Shown: positions 41,037 through 53,930 of the stretch, in pieces | Layout: every line of letters starts with the position of its first letter | Position numbering within the stretch: position 1 is the first letter of the stretch | Assembly: GCF_009914755.1 (NCBI RefSeq) | Contig: NC_060929.1 | Source: the human T2T-CHM13v2.0 reference genome, Homo sapiens | Reading direction: 5' to 3' (one strand) | DNA: 64,000 nucleotides | Program-made: the position numbers and the translations under genes | The notes under the pieces: generated by a model | What the model saw: the letters and a program-made list of their open reading frames with translations, nothing else | The model's database searches: none | Told to the model about the DNA's origin: nothing

Positions 41037-42844
41037 TTATTAGTAGTTCCATCAGTGTTTTGGGAAAATAATCTTCATATGTAGATGATAATATTTTCTT
41101 CATAGTCTCTCCACATAAATGACTGTGTTCTCATTAATGACAGATATCAGAGACTCTGCCTTTTGCTTTCCTAAAGATAAATACGTCTATATAGTAAACA
41201 TTAAATACATATTCGCTGGATTAAAGAAAAAGGCTGTAAGGAAAAAAAATCCATATACCTCCACACACGTGCGCATACACACATATATATGCATATATAA
41301 TTTTGTTTTAATGAATTGTCTCATATTTATAATTTGAATCTTTTAAACTAAATGTGAAATGTAAAAGTTTTATTATGCATCTATTAAATAATTCATGCAT
41401 CATTGATTTTGTCTAGCCACGGACAGATTATATAATCAAAATTAGCAAAGATTCTACTTAAATAAAGCACATGTTCATAATATTCTACCTGAGATCTAAT
41501 TAGATTGTAAATATAATTCTAGCAGGTACTCATTCTGAGTTTTTGTGGGCTTCCACAAACTTACCATCTGAGCCTACCCATTAAAATTTTTCTTTAACTT
41601 AACTGTGTTAACATCATTCCTAATTTATTCTCTTGAGCCAAAAGAGTCCCCTACTGCTTGTCTGTTTTAGTGTTTAATTGCTTCACAGACTCCCAGATTG
41701 AATTCTGTAGCAATTTGCTCTCCTGGTAAAACAGTGAGTTTTTCAGCATGATTTAAACAAAAGTGGAAATCATGACATGAAGAGAACTCTATGTTAGTAA
41801 GTCAGAAAGCAAGGGTTTCTGAAATTCTCTATCCTTTCACTTGATTGGACAGTAATGGCGAATTATTTAATATAATAGATTTTTTCAACATGTTTAGTAT
41901 TATTTCAAGAAAGAGGTTAAGTCTCTACATTTAAGCCACACCCAGTTCAGCATTTCTAAGACTGTACTTAAAGGCCTTCCTAAGATAGAGGTAACCGCCT
42001 TGCGTTGTAAAAATAATTCCATCAGTGTTATAAAATTATTTGTAATGATTTCAACCTACTCCTCTTTTAATAGCTTTTTCTAAAATACAAACAAACTAAC
42101 AAAGATGCATTCCACTATGGTCAACTTCTATAAGTATCTATGGAGTACTGTAAGATCTAAGTTTTGAGTATCTGTATGTCAGCAAATTAAATAACTAATT
42201 GATAAATGATCTTTCAAAATAAAATGGCACAAATTTTGTATATAATATAAAGTCTCTGAATTTTAAGGGCCATCAAATAACAATTTTACATTGGGATGAT
42301 GCTCAATTGAAAACAGTAGTGCCACAGTCAACATTCTAAATTGCTGCATATTCTGAGTCAGTATCCAACCTTAATAGGACAGTGACATTCTAAATTGATA
42401 CCTAATAATTACAACTAATTAGAAGTAAAATTAATTTTACTAGCCTAAAGTCATAGTTGCCAATCAAGGTTTCAAGAGTAACTGCTAACATTGAGATGGA
42501 CTGTCATAATCTCTGCAAGTCAAGGTCTGCCATCTGCTGTACCAAGAGCAAACTAACTTGAAATTTGATTAAAATGAAGTGAGTCTCACTGAAAGATTTT
42601 ACATTAAACCTTCCCACATAAAAATACAAATGCAATTTTAATCAGTAAAACTCCCCATGGAAAGTATATGTGGACTAAATTTGTAAATATTGTACAGATA
42701 ATTTTATAAACAAATACCTAATCATTAAACTCTTGCCCTTTCTAGTTCAATTTATTTTACTTCAGATTATAGGTTTTTATGATATTTCAGAAACTTTAGG
42801 AACTCTTACTTTCATAAAAAATTAGATTGATTTGTGGGCCTATT

Positions 42845-43047
42845 AGTGCTCTATTAACTAGAAAGTACTATGATGGTGAACATGTTTTATATCTGCACTG
42901 TCATCTACCATATGTGGCTGATAAGAACTTGGAATATGGCTAGTGTGATGGGAAAAAGTAAAAGTTTAATTTAATCTAATTTTAAGCAATTTAAGTTTAA
43001 AAAAATCTCACGTGGATCATAGACACTGTCTATAGGACAGCACAGCC
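42845..43047. mobile_element. MER3 hAT-Charlie transposon
   Basis: tgttttatatctgcactgtc...catatgtggctg...ttggaatatggctagtgtga...ggacagcacagc. Confidence 0.75.
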
Positions 43048-43154
43048 ATTTAGCATTGTTGAACCTATAGCGTTGTTGGATGTATAGCATTGTTGGTTGA
43101 GTCTGTATTATTCTTTTGTTCTTCAGAAGCTACTAGAGAATATAGAATTGTTAT

Positions 43155-43450
43155 TTCTCTTTTTTTTTTTCTTCGTTACAGGGTCTCACACTGTCACCCA
43201 TGTTGAAGTGCGGTGGCAAAATCACAGCTCACTGCAGCCTCCATCTCCTGGACTTAAGGAATCTTCTCTCCTGAGTAGCTGGGACTACAGGTGTTTGCTA
43301 TCATGTCTAGCCACTTTGTTTTTCAATTTTTTGTAGAGATGGGGTGTCTCTTTGTTGCCCAGTCTGGTCTTGAACTCTTGGGCTCAAACACTCATCCTGC
43401 CTTGGTCTCCCAAAGTGGCAGGAATACAAACATAAGCCAATGAGTCTGCC
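43155..43450 (-). mobile_element. AluJ (diverged)
   Basis: cagggtctcac, atcacagctcactgcagcc, ttgttgcccag, gggctcaa. Confidence 0.9.
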
Positions 43451-43552
43451 TATAAATGTTTTTTTCTACTAAATTACATACAGTAACATTTTGTGGTTTC
43501 TTTCATAGTGACTTCCAAAGTTTTATGAATGAAGATGTTTCTTTTAGTTAAA

Positions 43553-43630
43553 AAAAGAAGAAAATAAAGAAAGGAAGAGGCAAGGAAGGAAGGAAAAAGG
43601 AAGGAAGGAAGGTAGGAAGGAAGGAAAGAA
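43553..43630. repeat. (GGAA)n purine-rich tract
   Basis: aaggaaggaaggaaaaaggaaggaaggaaggtaggaaggaaggaaag. Confidence 0.85.
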
Positions 43631-43779
43631 TGTGGAATAAAGCACACAAAATGAAGTATTTAGCTAAATCAAAAACTATTTTTAAAAGACTGTGTCTGTT
43701 ATTCTACCTGATTAAAAAATACACATAATACATTTGTTGGTTCACTTTTATTATTCAATGCAAAATCTTTTAAACTGGC

Positions 43780-44114
43780 TGTTTGTGGTTTAAATACATT
43801 TCCCAAATTTCACGTATTGGAAACCTAATTTCCAAATTCATACGTTGATTGGAGGTGGAGCCTTTTGGATGTAATTAGCATTAGATAAGGTCATAAGGCT
43901 GGGGCCTCCATGATGGGACTAGCAACATTATTAAAAGAGAAAGAGATTTGAGCTGACATGCATGTGTTTTCTCTCTTGCCATGAAAAGATCTTCACCAGA
44001 TGCTGGTGCCGTGGTTTTGGATTTTCCAGTCTCCAGAACTGTAAAACATAAATTTATTAGTTTTAATAAATTACTCAGTTTATGGTATTTTATCATAGCA
44101 ACAGAAAAAAATAC
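43780..44114 (+). mobile_element. MSTC/MSTD-like MaLR solo LTR
   Basis: ttagataaggtcataaggctggggcctccatgatggg...caccagatgctgg...ctccagaactg...tttatcatagcaacag. Confidence 0.8.
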
Positions 44115-44899
44115 ACTTTTTTAAATGAGAACATGAAAATAATTTGTTGAAAATTGGTAGATCAATAATTAAGTATGTTATCTAAGAGAAAATGGAACAA
44201 AGGTTTAAAGTATGTGTGTGTGTGTTTGCATCTTCTGACCCTATTTTTGAGACTTCTTTTATTCTAATTGTGTAGAATTTATGTGTGACATTTGTATTTC
44301 AAAATGTCTATGAAGCAAATTGGACATCTAACAGTGTTTGAAAATAACTATTTTAATACTTTGCCAAAATAGGCATTCCAATTCTGCTAAATTTGCAAAA
44401 TGACTTATATTTAGAATCTATTTTGCCTTTAACTTTACCAAGAAAATAGTACTAGCCATATAAGAAACAGTAAGATTATAGCCTCTGTATTTTAATATGT
44501 TTTTAGAATATTATCTTCTTATTTGCTACTATTAATTTGTGAAAGAAAGAACTTCTGTACATTTGGAAGAAGAATTAACACAAGTCTTTGGTGCCTCATA
44601 CTTTAGATTAATCTTAAAAGGTCATGCCAAGTCCTTCTTATGGTTATTTTAGGTTAAAAAATTGCAAACTTTCAAATAGGTATAAACAAAAGACAATGAG
44701 TGGAAATGTCCATGAACTCATTTTATTCAGAGATGCAAATTTATCAGCCATATCCTCCATTATCTCTGTTTCTGTGTTAGTCTCAGTCTTTCCTATTGAA
44801 AATAACCTTTTTACTTCGACATATTTTACTTTATTAAAAAAGGCAGCCCTTGACCCTGAGTTCGAACACATAGCAATCTCAAAAGATAATTGTAATTGA

Positions 44900-45190
44900 C
44901 ATACTGTATTATCATGTGTGTTCATATGATCTCTAAGCATGATCTGACTAGGTGTTCTTACTCTTTTCTTTAGCTATGAAATACACATTCTTTGGCCAAA
45001 ACTGAGAAAGTCTCACTATAATGTTCTCTTACACTGTATATTTATGTAGTTGTTTTCTTATTACTTTCTGTTTTTCTTACTTTATTATTATAAACTTCAT
45101 ATGTAGAACCACATTTTTTATATCTAGTGTATAATAATCAAAAGGCCAGGAAGCAATAAATATTTATTGAATAAGAAATAATGAATAACT
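44900..45190 (+). mobile_element. L2 3' end fragment
   Basis: Ends gcaataaatatttattgaataagaaataatgaataa. Confidence 0.5.
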
Positions 45191-45852
45191 GTCTCTCAAG
45201 GAATTCAATGAAGAATTTCAATAGATCCCAAGAGCAAAATGTCACTAATGTTAATCAAGACATGTTTATCAATTCTGCTTACCTTTAAAGAAAAATATAA
45301 TAATAAGGAATATTGTCTTTGGTTTAATGACTAAGCACTAGTATTATTACAGAAGTGATTTGTTATTTATTAATATATAAATTTAGAGTGATAACTAGGA
45401 ATAGGGAACTATTATAATTTTTGTATGATAACTATAAAGAAGCATACTTGGGTGTAACTACTTTTATCAGATATCAGGACTTCTATTTAATCTAGTTTAC
45501 TCAACAGAAATAGTGATCAAACTTAATACTACTTTACAATAATAATCATTTTGTCAAATAATATATAAAAACTTATTGTTCCATATGTTATTGAATCCCT
45601 AATCAAGAATAAAATTGCTTGATGTCTTAAAGCAAAAAGGGAGCTCAAATAAGGTTGATAAATAGGCATTGATACCAAATAAATCTGGATATCAGAGGCA
45701 GATAAGGATATTTTTCCTAATCTGGCCAAAATTTCATTGGGCAAAAAGGACTGGAAAACTCTATTCCTTACCAGCATGGGAGGTAGATTCAAATGCAAAC
45801 TATGCATATGTGGGAAGCACACAGCAAATACACTCATATAAAAAGTAGATCA

Positions 45853-46142
45853 ACCAGTCACAGTGGTTTACACCTGTAATCTCAGCACTTTCGGAGGCCG
45901 AGGCGGGTGGATCACTTGAGGTCAGGAGTTCGAGACCAGCCTGGCCAACATGGTGAAACCCTGTCTCCAATAAAAATACAAAAAAATTAACTTGGTGTGG
46001 TGGTGTGCGCCTGTAGCCTCAGCTACTCCAGAGGCTGAGGCAGGAGAATCGCTTGACCCTGGGAGGCAGAGGTTGCAGAGCCGAGATCATGCCACTGCAC
46101 TCCAGCCTGGGCAACAGAGCGAGACTGTCTCAAAAAAAAAAA
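45853..46142 (+). mobile_element. AluSx/Sz
   Basis: ggatcacttgaggtcaggagttcgagaccagcctggccaacatgg; full dimer with A tail. Confidence 0.96.
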
Positions 46143-48282
46143 CATCATAACTGCTTAAAAAGTAGAGCCTTTATAACAGGCAAACCCCAGAAGAGATGTA
46201 TATACTTTCACAAGACACAAATTCTGGAGAATATTAGCTCTTAAAAAGTTCATTAAAAAATACACTGGTATGAGAAAGTGTCAACAAAGAAATAAGATGG
46301 ACCATTTAAAGTGCAATGACTATAAAAAATAGAGCATTCTGAAAAACTTAAATATATTTATGTTTTAAGTGTTAACATAGGGAATGCTGGCACTGTCTAG
46401 GATGGAATGTTCCTAATTATAGTAGCTTACCCATTGAAGGCTGAAATAAAACATGCAAGGATGTGTGTGTTTGTGTGTGTGTGTGTATGTGTGTAAAGGC
46501 TTTAGAAAGCTGATGAGACCTGAGGTACTCAATCTCCAAGAGAAGAAAACTGAGCACCCTGAGGACAGTTAGGGAACAGGGCTGTTGAATCATAGCAGAC
46601 AGCAACAGGGCCTCTAGTGTGCAAACAGAATTGGAGTTCAGATCCTCCAAAGTGGCTGTGATCTGAAAGACAAAATTGACATCAAAGAATCCTCACAGAA
46701 GCGAGCGGAAATATTTTTATATACTTTTACAAATCCTTTGCAAAATTCAAAACTTTGCATACAGAAGTCAAGACAAAGTAAGATGCTCAGAAGGCTGTAA
46801 TCCCTGGAAGGCTAGAGAATTAAGCAGTATCAGAGATGTAAGATGCTAGCAAGAACAAAGTTGATTTTAGTCTGAACACAGTAGCACTGAAACGGGCAAA
46901 CCACTCAGAATTTCAGCCAATAATCCCAAAGGGTCATATCCTGTGGCTAAGGGAAAAATAAAAGCAACCTTACAGATCTCTAAAATGAACTCTCTAATCC
47001 TCAATAATATTAAATTGCTAACACCTTATTTGCTGGGAGGGGAAGGACAACAGCCATAACCTTAACCTTCTCAATAAGAAGATTTTATCCTCTAGAGTTT
47101 CTCTGCATTCTAAAACACAAAAACAAAAAGAAAACAAACGGATAAAAAATTATATGCTAAAATACGAAATCAAACCTGGGCTGGGGGAATAGAAAAGGTC
47201 TATCAGGAAATGCAGATAAAGGCATTATGAGACATACCTTTAAAATATATCTTTTATATGTTGAGGAAAGAGAACTTTGGAGACTACAAAAGTAACTAAA
47301 TGGAATTTCCATTCATTTCTAGGTATTTCATGGGTTTTGATACAATTTTTATGGGATTTTTCACTTTATATTATCTTAGGTTTTTTATATGAATTTCATA
47401 TAACCTCAGATGTGTATTTTTTTATAGGATATAAAATTGACTTGTATATTGAACTACATCTTGTAACCTTGGTATATTTGATTATCAATCCAATCAATCC
47501 ATATTCTTTTGGGCTTTCTATGAGAACAAAAGAAACTTCCAGGGTGTGGATATTTTCTGTGTGTGTGTGTAAGTAAGTATGTAAATGTGTGCTGGTTATG
47601 GTAGTTTAAATGCAAATGTCATGCACATTGTTATGAAGGTGTATTCATCAAGTAACTTTTTTTAATTATTTAAAAACTACTTCATATAAAGTAAAAACAA
47701 GGCATATATGATTAAGTCTCCTTAAGTAAATTATAGACATTCAAAAAGATGAACACATAAAAGCAAAGTCTATGAATATTTTTGGTTAATAATGATGTGT
47801 CAATAGAAGAAAAACATGGCAAGCATAAATATAATAAACATATAACAGAAACATTGTGACCAAATTGCAGAACCTGAATGACAAATCATAAAAATTACCA
47901 GGTAGAAGGTCAAAATTAACCACAAAGAAACAACATTAGGGTGATAACACATGTTTATAAGTAAAAGTAACAGCTGAAGGACCTGAATTAATATATTCAA
48001 AGTATTTTGATAGGTATATATCCACTTAGGCTTTTATATAAATTAAAACTTTCACTCAAGAGTGAAAATTAAACATTCTCGGGCATATAAACTGTAATTT
48101 TTTTTACAGTATAAATCTTAATTGGAATTTCAAAAGGTTGTAAAAGCAATAGAAGAAAAGAATGTGAAGCAAGAAACATAACAGAAGCATGTTTTAATCA
48201 AACATATAGGTCTTTGAAATTAAATATTTACATGTAAAACAATAACCACTTTTTGTGGTAAATTAGAAACAAGTAACTTTTT

Positions 48283-48643
48283 TGTAATAGTCCATATTGG
48301 CTTCTATAACAAAATACCTCAAATGTGGTAGCTTATAAATAACATACAGTTATTTCTCCCATTTCTAAAGGCTGGGAAATCGAAACTGAAGGCACCAGAT
48401 TTGGTGTCTCAGAGATGCCCAGTTTATTGGTATAAACCAAGGTGTCTATAAAGACACATTTCTTACTGTTACTTCACATGGTAGAAGAGCCAGAGGGTCT
48501 TTCTTGGTCCCATTTATGAGGGCCACATCCCCATGACTTAATTGCCTCCTGAAGACCCCACCTCCTACCATTTGCATGGGAGTTAGGGTTTCAGCAAAGT
48601 AATTTTGGGGAAACACAAACACACAAACATTCAGACTATAGCA
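48283..48643 (-). mobile_element. MLT1A-like LTR
   Basis: tgtaatagtcc...ctataacaaaatacc...ggctgggaa...ttagggtttcagca...aaacattcagactatagca. Confidence 0.8.
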
Positions 48644-51010
48644 TGCCACCCCTGTCCCGCAATTTATGTTCTTCTCACATGAAACACACCATTCCATGCC
48701 AGCATTAACCCAAAAGTCTAAGTACAAAGTCTCATTTGAGACAAGGCAAGTCTCTTCCACCTAGGATCCCATAAAACCATAAATAAGTTAGTTACTTCCT
48801 AGATACAATGGGGGTACAGACATTGGGTAAATACACCCATTCCAAGTGGGAGAAATTGGCCAAAATGAAGAGGTAACGAAAGTCCGAAATTCAGCAAAGC
48901 AGTCAAATCTTAAAGCTCCAAAATGATCTCATTTGACTTCATGTCTCACATCCGGGACATGTAATGCAAGAGGTGGGCTTTCATGGTCTTGGGCAGATCC
49001 TCCCCTGTGGCCTTGCATGGTACATCCCCCCTGCCGGCTGCCTTCATGGGCCTGCAGCTTTTCCAGGCACCCAGTGCAACCTGTCAGTGGATCTACTATT
49101 CTGGGGTCTGGAGGACAGTGGCCCTGTTCTCACAGCTCTACTAGGCAGTGACCCAGTGGGGGCTCTGACCCCACATTTCCTATCCTTACTTCCCTAGCAG
49201 AGGTTATCCATGAGAGTTCCACCCCTGTAGCAAACTTCTTCCTAGACATCCAGGCATTTTCATACCTCCTCTGAAGTCTAGGTGGAGATTCCCAAACCTC
49301 AATTCTTGACTTCTGTGCACCTGCAGGCCCAACATTGTGTGTAAGCTGCCAAGGCTTGAGGCTTGCAACCTCTGAAGCAGCAGTCTATGCTGTATATTGG
49401 GACCTTTTAGCCATGGCTGTGACACAGTGCAGCAAGTCCCATGACTGCATAAAGCACCAAGGCCCTGGGCCTGAGTTTTTCCACGTAGGTCTGGGCCTGT
49501 GATAGGACAGGCTGCCCTGAAGACTTCTGACAGGCCCTGGAGACATTTCCCCATTGTCTCGGCAATTAACATTTGGCTCTCTGTTATTTATACAAATTTC
49601 TACAGATGGTTTGAATTTCTCCTCAGAATGTTTTTCCTTTTCTGTTGCATCATCAGGCTGTACATTTTCTAAGCTTTTATGCTCTGCTGTCCTTTTTAAC
49701 ATAAGTTCCAATTCCAAAGCATTTCTTCGTGAATGCATAAAACTGAATGCTTTTAAGAGCACCAAAGTCACCTCTTGAAAACTTTGATGCTTAGAAATTT
49801 CTTCCACCATACACTCTAAATCATCTCTCTCAAGTTCAAAGTTCTACAGATCTCTAGGGTAGGGGGAAAATTGCTGCCAGTCTCTTTGCTAAACCATAGT
49901 TAAGAGTCACCTTTATTCCAATTCCCAAAAAGTTCTTCATCACCATCTAAGACCACCACAGCCTGGACTCCATTGTCCATATCACTATCAGCATTTTAGT
50001 CACCACAATACAGCAGTCATTAAACCTTAAATTTCTCAAGTGATCTCCTTTGACTCCATGTCTCACATTCAGGACACACTGTTGCAAAGGGTGGACCCCA
50101 GCAACATTGGGTAGCTCTGGCCATGTGGCTTTGCAGGATACAGCACCCAACCCATTTGCTTTCATGGACTGGTGTTGAGTGTCTGTGGCTTTTCCAGGAC
50201 CACATTGCAAGCTGTCAGTAGATCTACCATTCTGGGCTCCACTTCACAATGCCCCAGTGGGGACTCTCTGTGAGGGCTCCATCCCTGCAGCAAACTTTTG
50301 CCTGTATATCCAAGTGTTTCCATACATCCTCTAAAACCTAGGTGGAGGTTCCCAAAACTCAATTCTTGACTTCTGTGCATCCACAGGCTCCACACCACAT
50401 GGAAGCCTCCAAAGTTTGGGCTTGCACCCTCTGAATCAATGGCCTAAGGTGTAACTTGGCCCCTTTTAGCCACAGCTGGAGATGAAACAGCATGGACACA
50501 GGACACTGTCCTGAGGCTGCACAGAGCAGTGGGGTGCCCTGAGTCCATCCCAAGAAATCATTTTTCCCTCCTAGGCCTGCAGGCCTGTGATAGGAGGGGT
50601 TGCCTTAAAGGTCTCTGACATGCCTTGTTGACATTTATCCCATTGTCCCATTGTCTTGGTGATAAACATTCAGCTCCTGATTACTTATGCAAATTTATGC
50701 AGCTGGCTTGAATTTATCCTCTAAAATGGGTTTTTCCTTTTCTATTGCATTACCAGGCTGCAAATTTTCCAAATTTTTATGCTCTCCTTCCATTCAAATG
50801 CTTTGCTGCTTAGAAATTTCTTCTGCTGAATATCCTAAACTGTCTCTCACAAGTTCAAATTTACACAGACTCCTAGGACAGAGGCAAAATGCCATCAGTC
50901 TTTCTGTTAAAGCAAAGAAAGAATAACCTTGAGTCCAGTTCCCAGCAAGTTCTTTATCTTCATCTGAGATTGCCTCACCCTGGACTTCACTGTCTGTATC
51001 ATTATCAACA
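48644..51010 (-). mobile_element. MST/THE1-int MaLR internal sequence present as two tandem diverged copies (about 48900-50010 and 50012-51010)
   Basis: Shared landmarks occur twice: gcagtca..aa.cttaaa, ctgtcagt.gatctac, aattcttgacttctgtgca, gcttagaaatttcttc, cctggact.ca.tgtc. Confidence 0.88.
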
Positions 51011-51011
51011 C

Positions 51012-51133
51012 AATTGTAAGTTTCCTGAGACCTTCCCTGCCATACAAAACTATGAGTCAATTAAACCTCTTTTCTTTATCAATTACCCAGTCTTCAGTGT
51101 TTCTTCATAGAAGCATGAAAACAAAATAATACA
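51012..51133 (+). mobile_element. THE1/MST LTR 3' end, opposite orientation to the adjacent internal sequence
   Basis: attgtaagtttcctgag...gagtcaattaaacctcttt...aattacccagtc...aataataca. Confidence 0.85.
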
Positions 51134-52584
51134 CCTTTCATTTAGTTTTAAAACTAGAGAAGCAAGTGCTAGTTATAATTTTTTTCTTCTGGTGTACAAA
51201 TTAATAAAGGATGTTACATTTTTCTTTTAAGTGCAAAAATTTTCTGTGATATAACAATCTGCTCCATTGGATGTCTTTGTAAGGTCAATACATAGTATAG
51301 TAGCAGGTTCATTTGTAAAAACTGGAAATAGAAAAATTAATTCTACAAATTACATGTAAAAATTAAAGTATATAGGGCTAATTCAAAAATATATCCTTAA
51401 ATACAAAAATGAGACACAAGAAATAAGAAAACAAGTTAAATAAGAATTTAACATATGAAATTAAAAAGATAAAATTCCAAGATGCTAAAAAAATGCCATG
51501 TTAATGCAAGAGGAAAAATGAATGTATGAATCATAGCCAATATATAATTGAGAGGATAAACAACAGAAGGATCATAAACTCCCCTAAAAATCATACTCTA
51601 TGAATGAATGGTAAGTTGTTATAGAAATAATATGTTACATATAGTGACTCTAGAAAAATTGAAAACCAGAATTTAATGTAAATATCAAAAATATAAAAAC
51701 CATTAAACAGAAACACACACACATACAAATCAACCTGCACTATACTATACTGTGCATGCATATACAAATCACCCTGCTACTATACTATGTATTGACCTTA
51801 CAAAGACATGCAATGGAGCAGATTGTTATCATGGAAAATTTTTACACTTAAAAGAAAAATGCAAGAAAAGAAGTTTCTATAAAGATTCATACCATGTCAT
51901 CTGATTCTCGTGAAGTCTAAGAGCTATAAAAAGACAGTGTTAACATCTCATTTAAAGTAGAGGAAGTGTAAGATCTCACTTATAAATATATTTGCAAAAA
52001 TGCTAGAGATGACTTGAGGTATAAATTCCTCAGTTATTATAAAATCATCACAAAATAGATATATTCCAAGAATGAAGAAGTAGCCAATCCCTGATATTCT
52101 ATAAATAAAATTCATCATATTAAAAGATAATTTTAATCATAAAATATTTTCTCAGTCTATGCCTAGGAATGTTTGCTTATGCACTGGACTTACATATGAA
52201 AATTTGTGAAAATAATTAGAGGCCCATGAAAATCACATCTTCTTCCAGAAGGGAAAGAAGGTCAAAATGAAATTTTTTCCTTATAAGTATAATGCTAGTG
52301 GATTGCTAAATAATTACTTAGATTTGGGCTTGGTACTTTTTAAAAATTTTAATAACATACGCATTGTTCACTGAGGGCTATTAAATTATTTTTATTCTGA
52401 TTAGAAATTTAGAAGGCAGTTGCACTTTCTTAGAAGTCATGTGTTGTAGAATTGAATCGAGGTCCACAGAGGACAAAAAAATCTAATTTTCTGGGTTTTG
52501 GAACCTATAATTTACTTTTATCTAAGTAATTTGACCTTTGAAATGCTGATGATCTGTGTCTGTTTATATATACTTATTATTATT

Positions 52585-53405
52585 TGCTTTTTATTTTTAT
52601 CATATATATTTAAGGTGTAAAACTTGATGTTTTCATATACATATATATGGAAAAATGATTATTATAGTCAAATAAATTAACCCATTCATCACCTTTCATT
52701 GTTAATTTTGTGTATGTGTGTATGTGTGTGTTAAGAGCATCTAAAACTTAGTCTAGTAGCAATTTTTTCTATATAAAATTATTAACTATAGCCCTTATAC
52801 AGAAAAATGATATTGTTAGACTTATTTATTCTATATAATTATAATTTTTACCCTTTGACCTATTTCTTCCATTTCTTTCCCCTTTCTGCTTATGGCAAAC
52901 ACTGTCCCATTTTCAGATTATGTGTTTGCCTTTTTTATATTTTAGATTCCACATATAAGTGAGATTATGCAGTATTTTTATTTCTGCATCTATCTCATTT
53001 TACCCAGCATAATGTCTTCTAGGCTCATCCATGTTATCACAAATAGAAGTATCTCCTCTTTTAGAATTGAATAATGTTCCATTATATATGTATATACAAT
53101 ATATTATTATATATCTACTGTTATAAATAATGTTAGAATATCATGGGATATATTGGGCATATATGAGGATATATAAAGGATTATCTTATTATATATTCGT
53201 AATATATATAATATGAGATCACATATACATATAAAAGTTTACCCATTCATATGTTGATGGACACAGGTTGTTTCAATATCTTCTGAATAATGCTAGAATG
53301 ACATGGGAATCCAGATATCTCTAGAAGGTGCTTATTATATTTATTTTGGGTATATATCCAATAAAGGAATTGCTGGGTTATATAGCAGTTCTACTTTATT
53401 TTTTA

Positions 53406-53445
<40 letters not shown>

Positions 53446-53930
53446 CTTTAAGTTTTAGGGTACATGTGCACAACACGTATGTTTATTGCGGCACTATTCA
53501 CAATAGCAAAGACTTGGAACCAACCCAAATGTCCAACAATGATAGACTGGATTAAGAAAATGTAGCAGTTCTACTTTTAACTTTTTTGAGAAAATTTCAG
53601 ACTGTATTCTAGAGTGGGTATATCAATTTACATTCACACCTTCTATAATAAATTCCTAGAAAGTACAATCTACCAAGACTGAATCAAAAAGAAATAGAAT
53701 GCCTGAACACATCAGTAACAAACAAAAAGATTGAGCAGTAAACACAAATCTCTCCTCCAAAAAAAGCCCAGGACCAGATGGCTTCAAGGCTGAATTCTAG
53801 AAGACATTCAAAGAAAATTTAATACCATTCCTTGTAAATTCTTCCAAAAAATAGAAGTAGAGAGACTACTTTGAAACTGATTTTATGGGGCCTGCATCTC
53901 TCTGATACCAAAGCCAGACAAATACGTCAT
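52585..53930. mobile_element. L1MA (8-10-like) 3' end on minus (52585-53640) joined to a plus-strand ORF2 piece (about 53645-53930)
   Basis: ttagattccacatataagtgagattatgcagtattt on minus; aaaagcccaggaccagatggcttc (KSPGPDGF) on plus. Confidence 0.82.
53398..53562. mobile_element. 165-bp young L1PA2-4-like twin-primed micro-insertion
   Basis: Exact 15-bp TSD tagcagttctacttt at 53383-53397 and 53563-53577; (TAT)n tail plus L1 3' end on minus, then 88 bp of ORF2 on plus. Confidence 0.93.

Noticed and set aside
44624-44940. Overlapping antiparallel ORFs of 91 and 98 aa (also 58549-58976 and 16520-17012)
   Set aside because: No recognisable domain, AT-biased composition and no clear splice context; length is within chance for this window
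49204-51110. Cluster of 60-141 aa ORFs
   Set aside because: Fragments of the decayed MaLR internal region, broken by stops and frameshifts
53075-53240. TA-rich expansion inside the L1MA
   Set aside because: Low-complexity microsatellite decay with no regular unit
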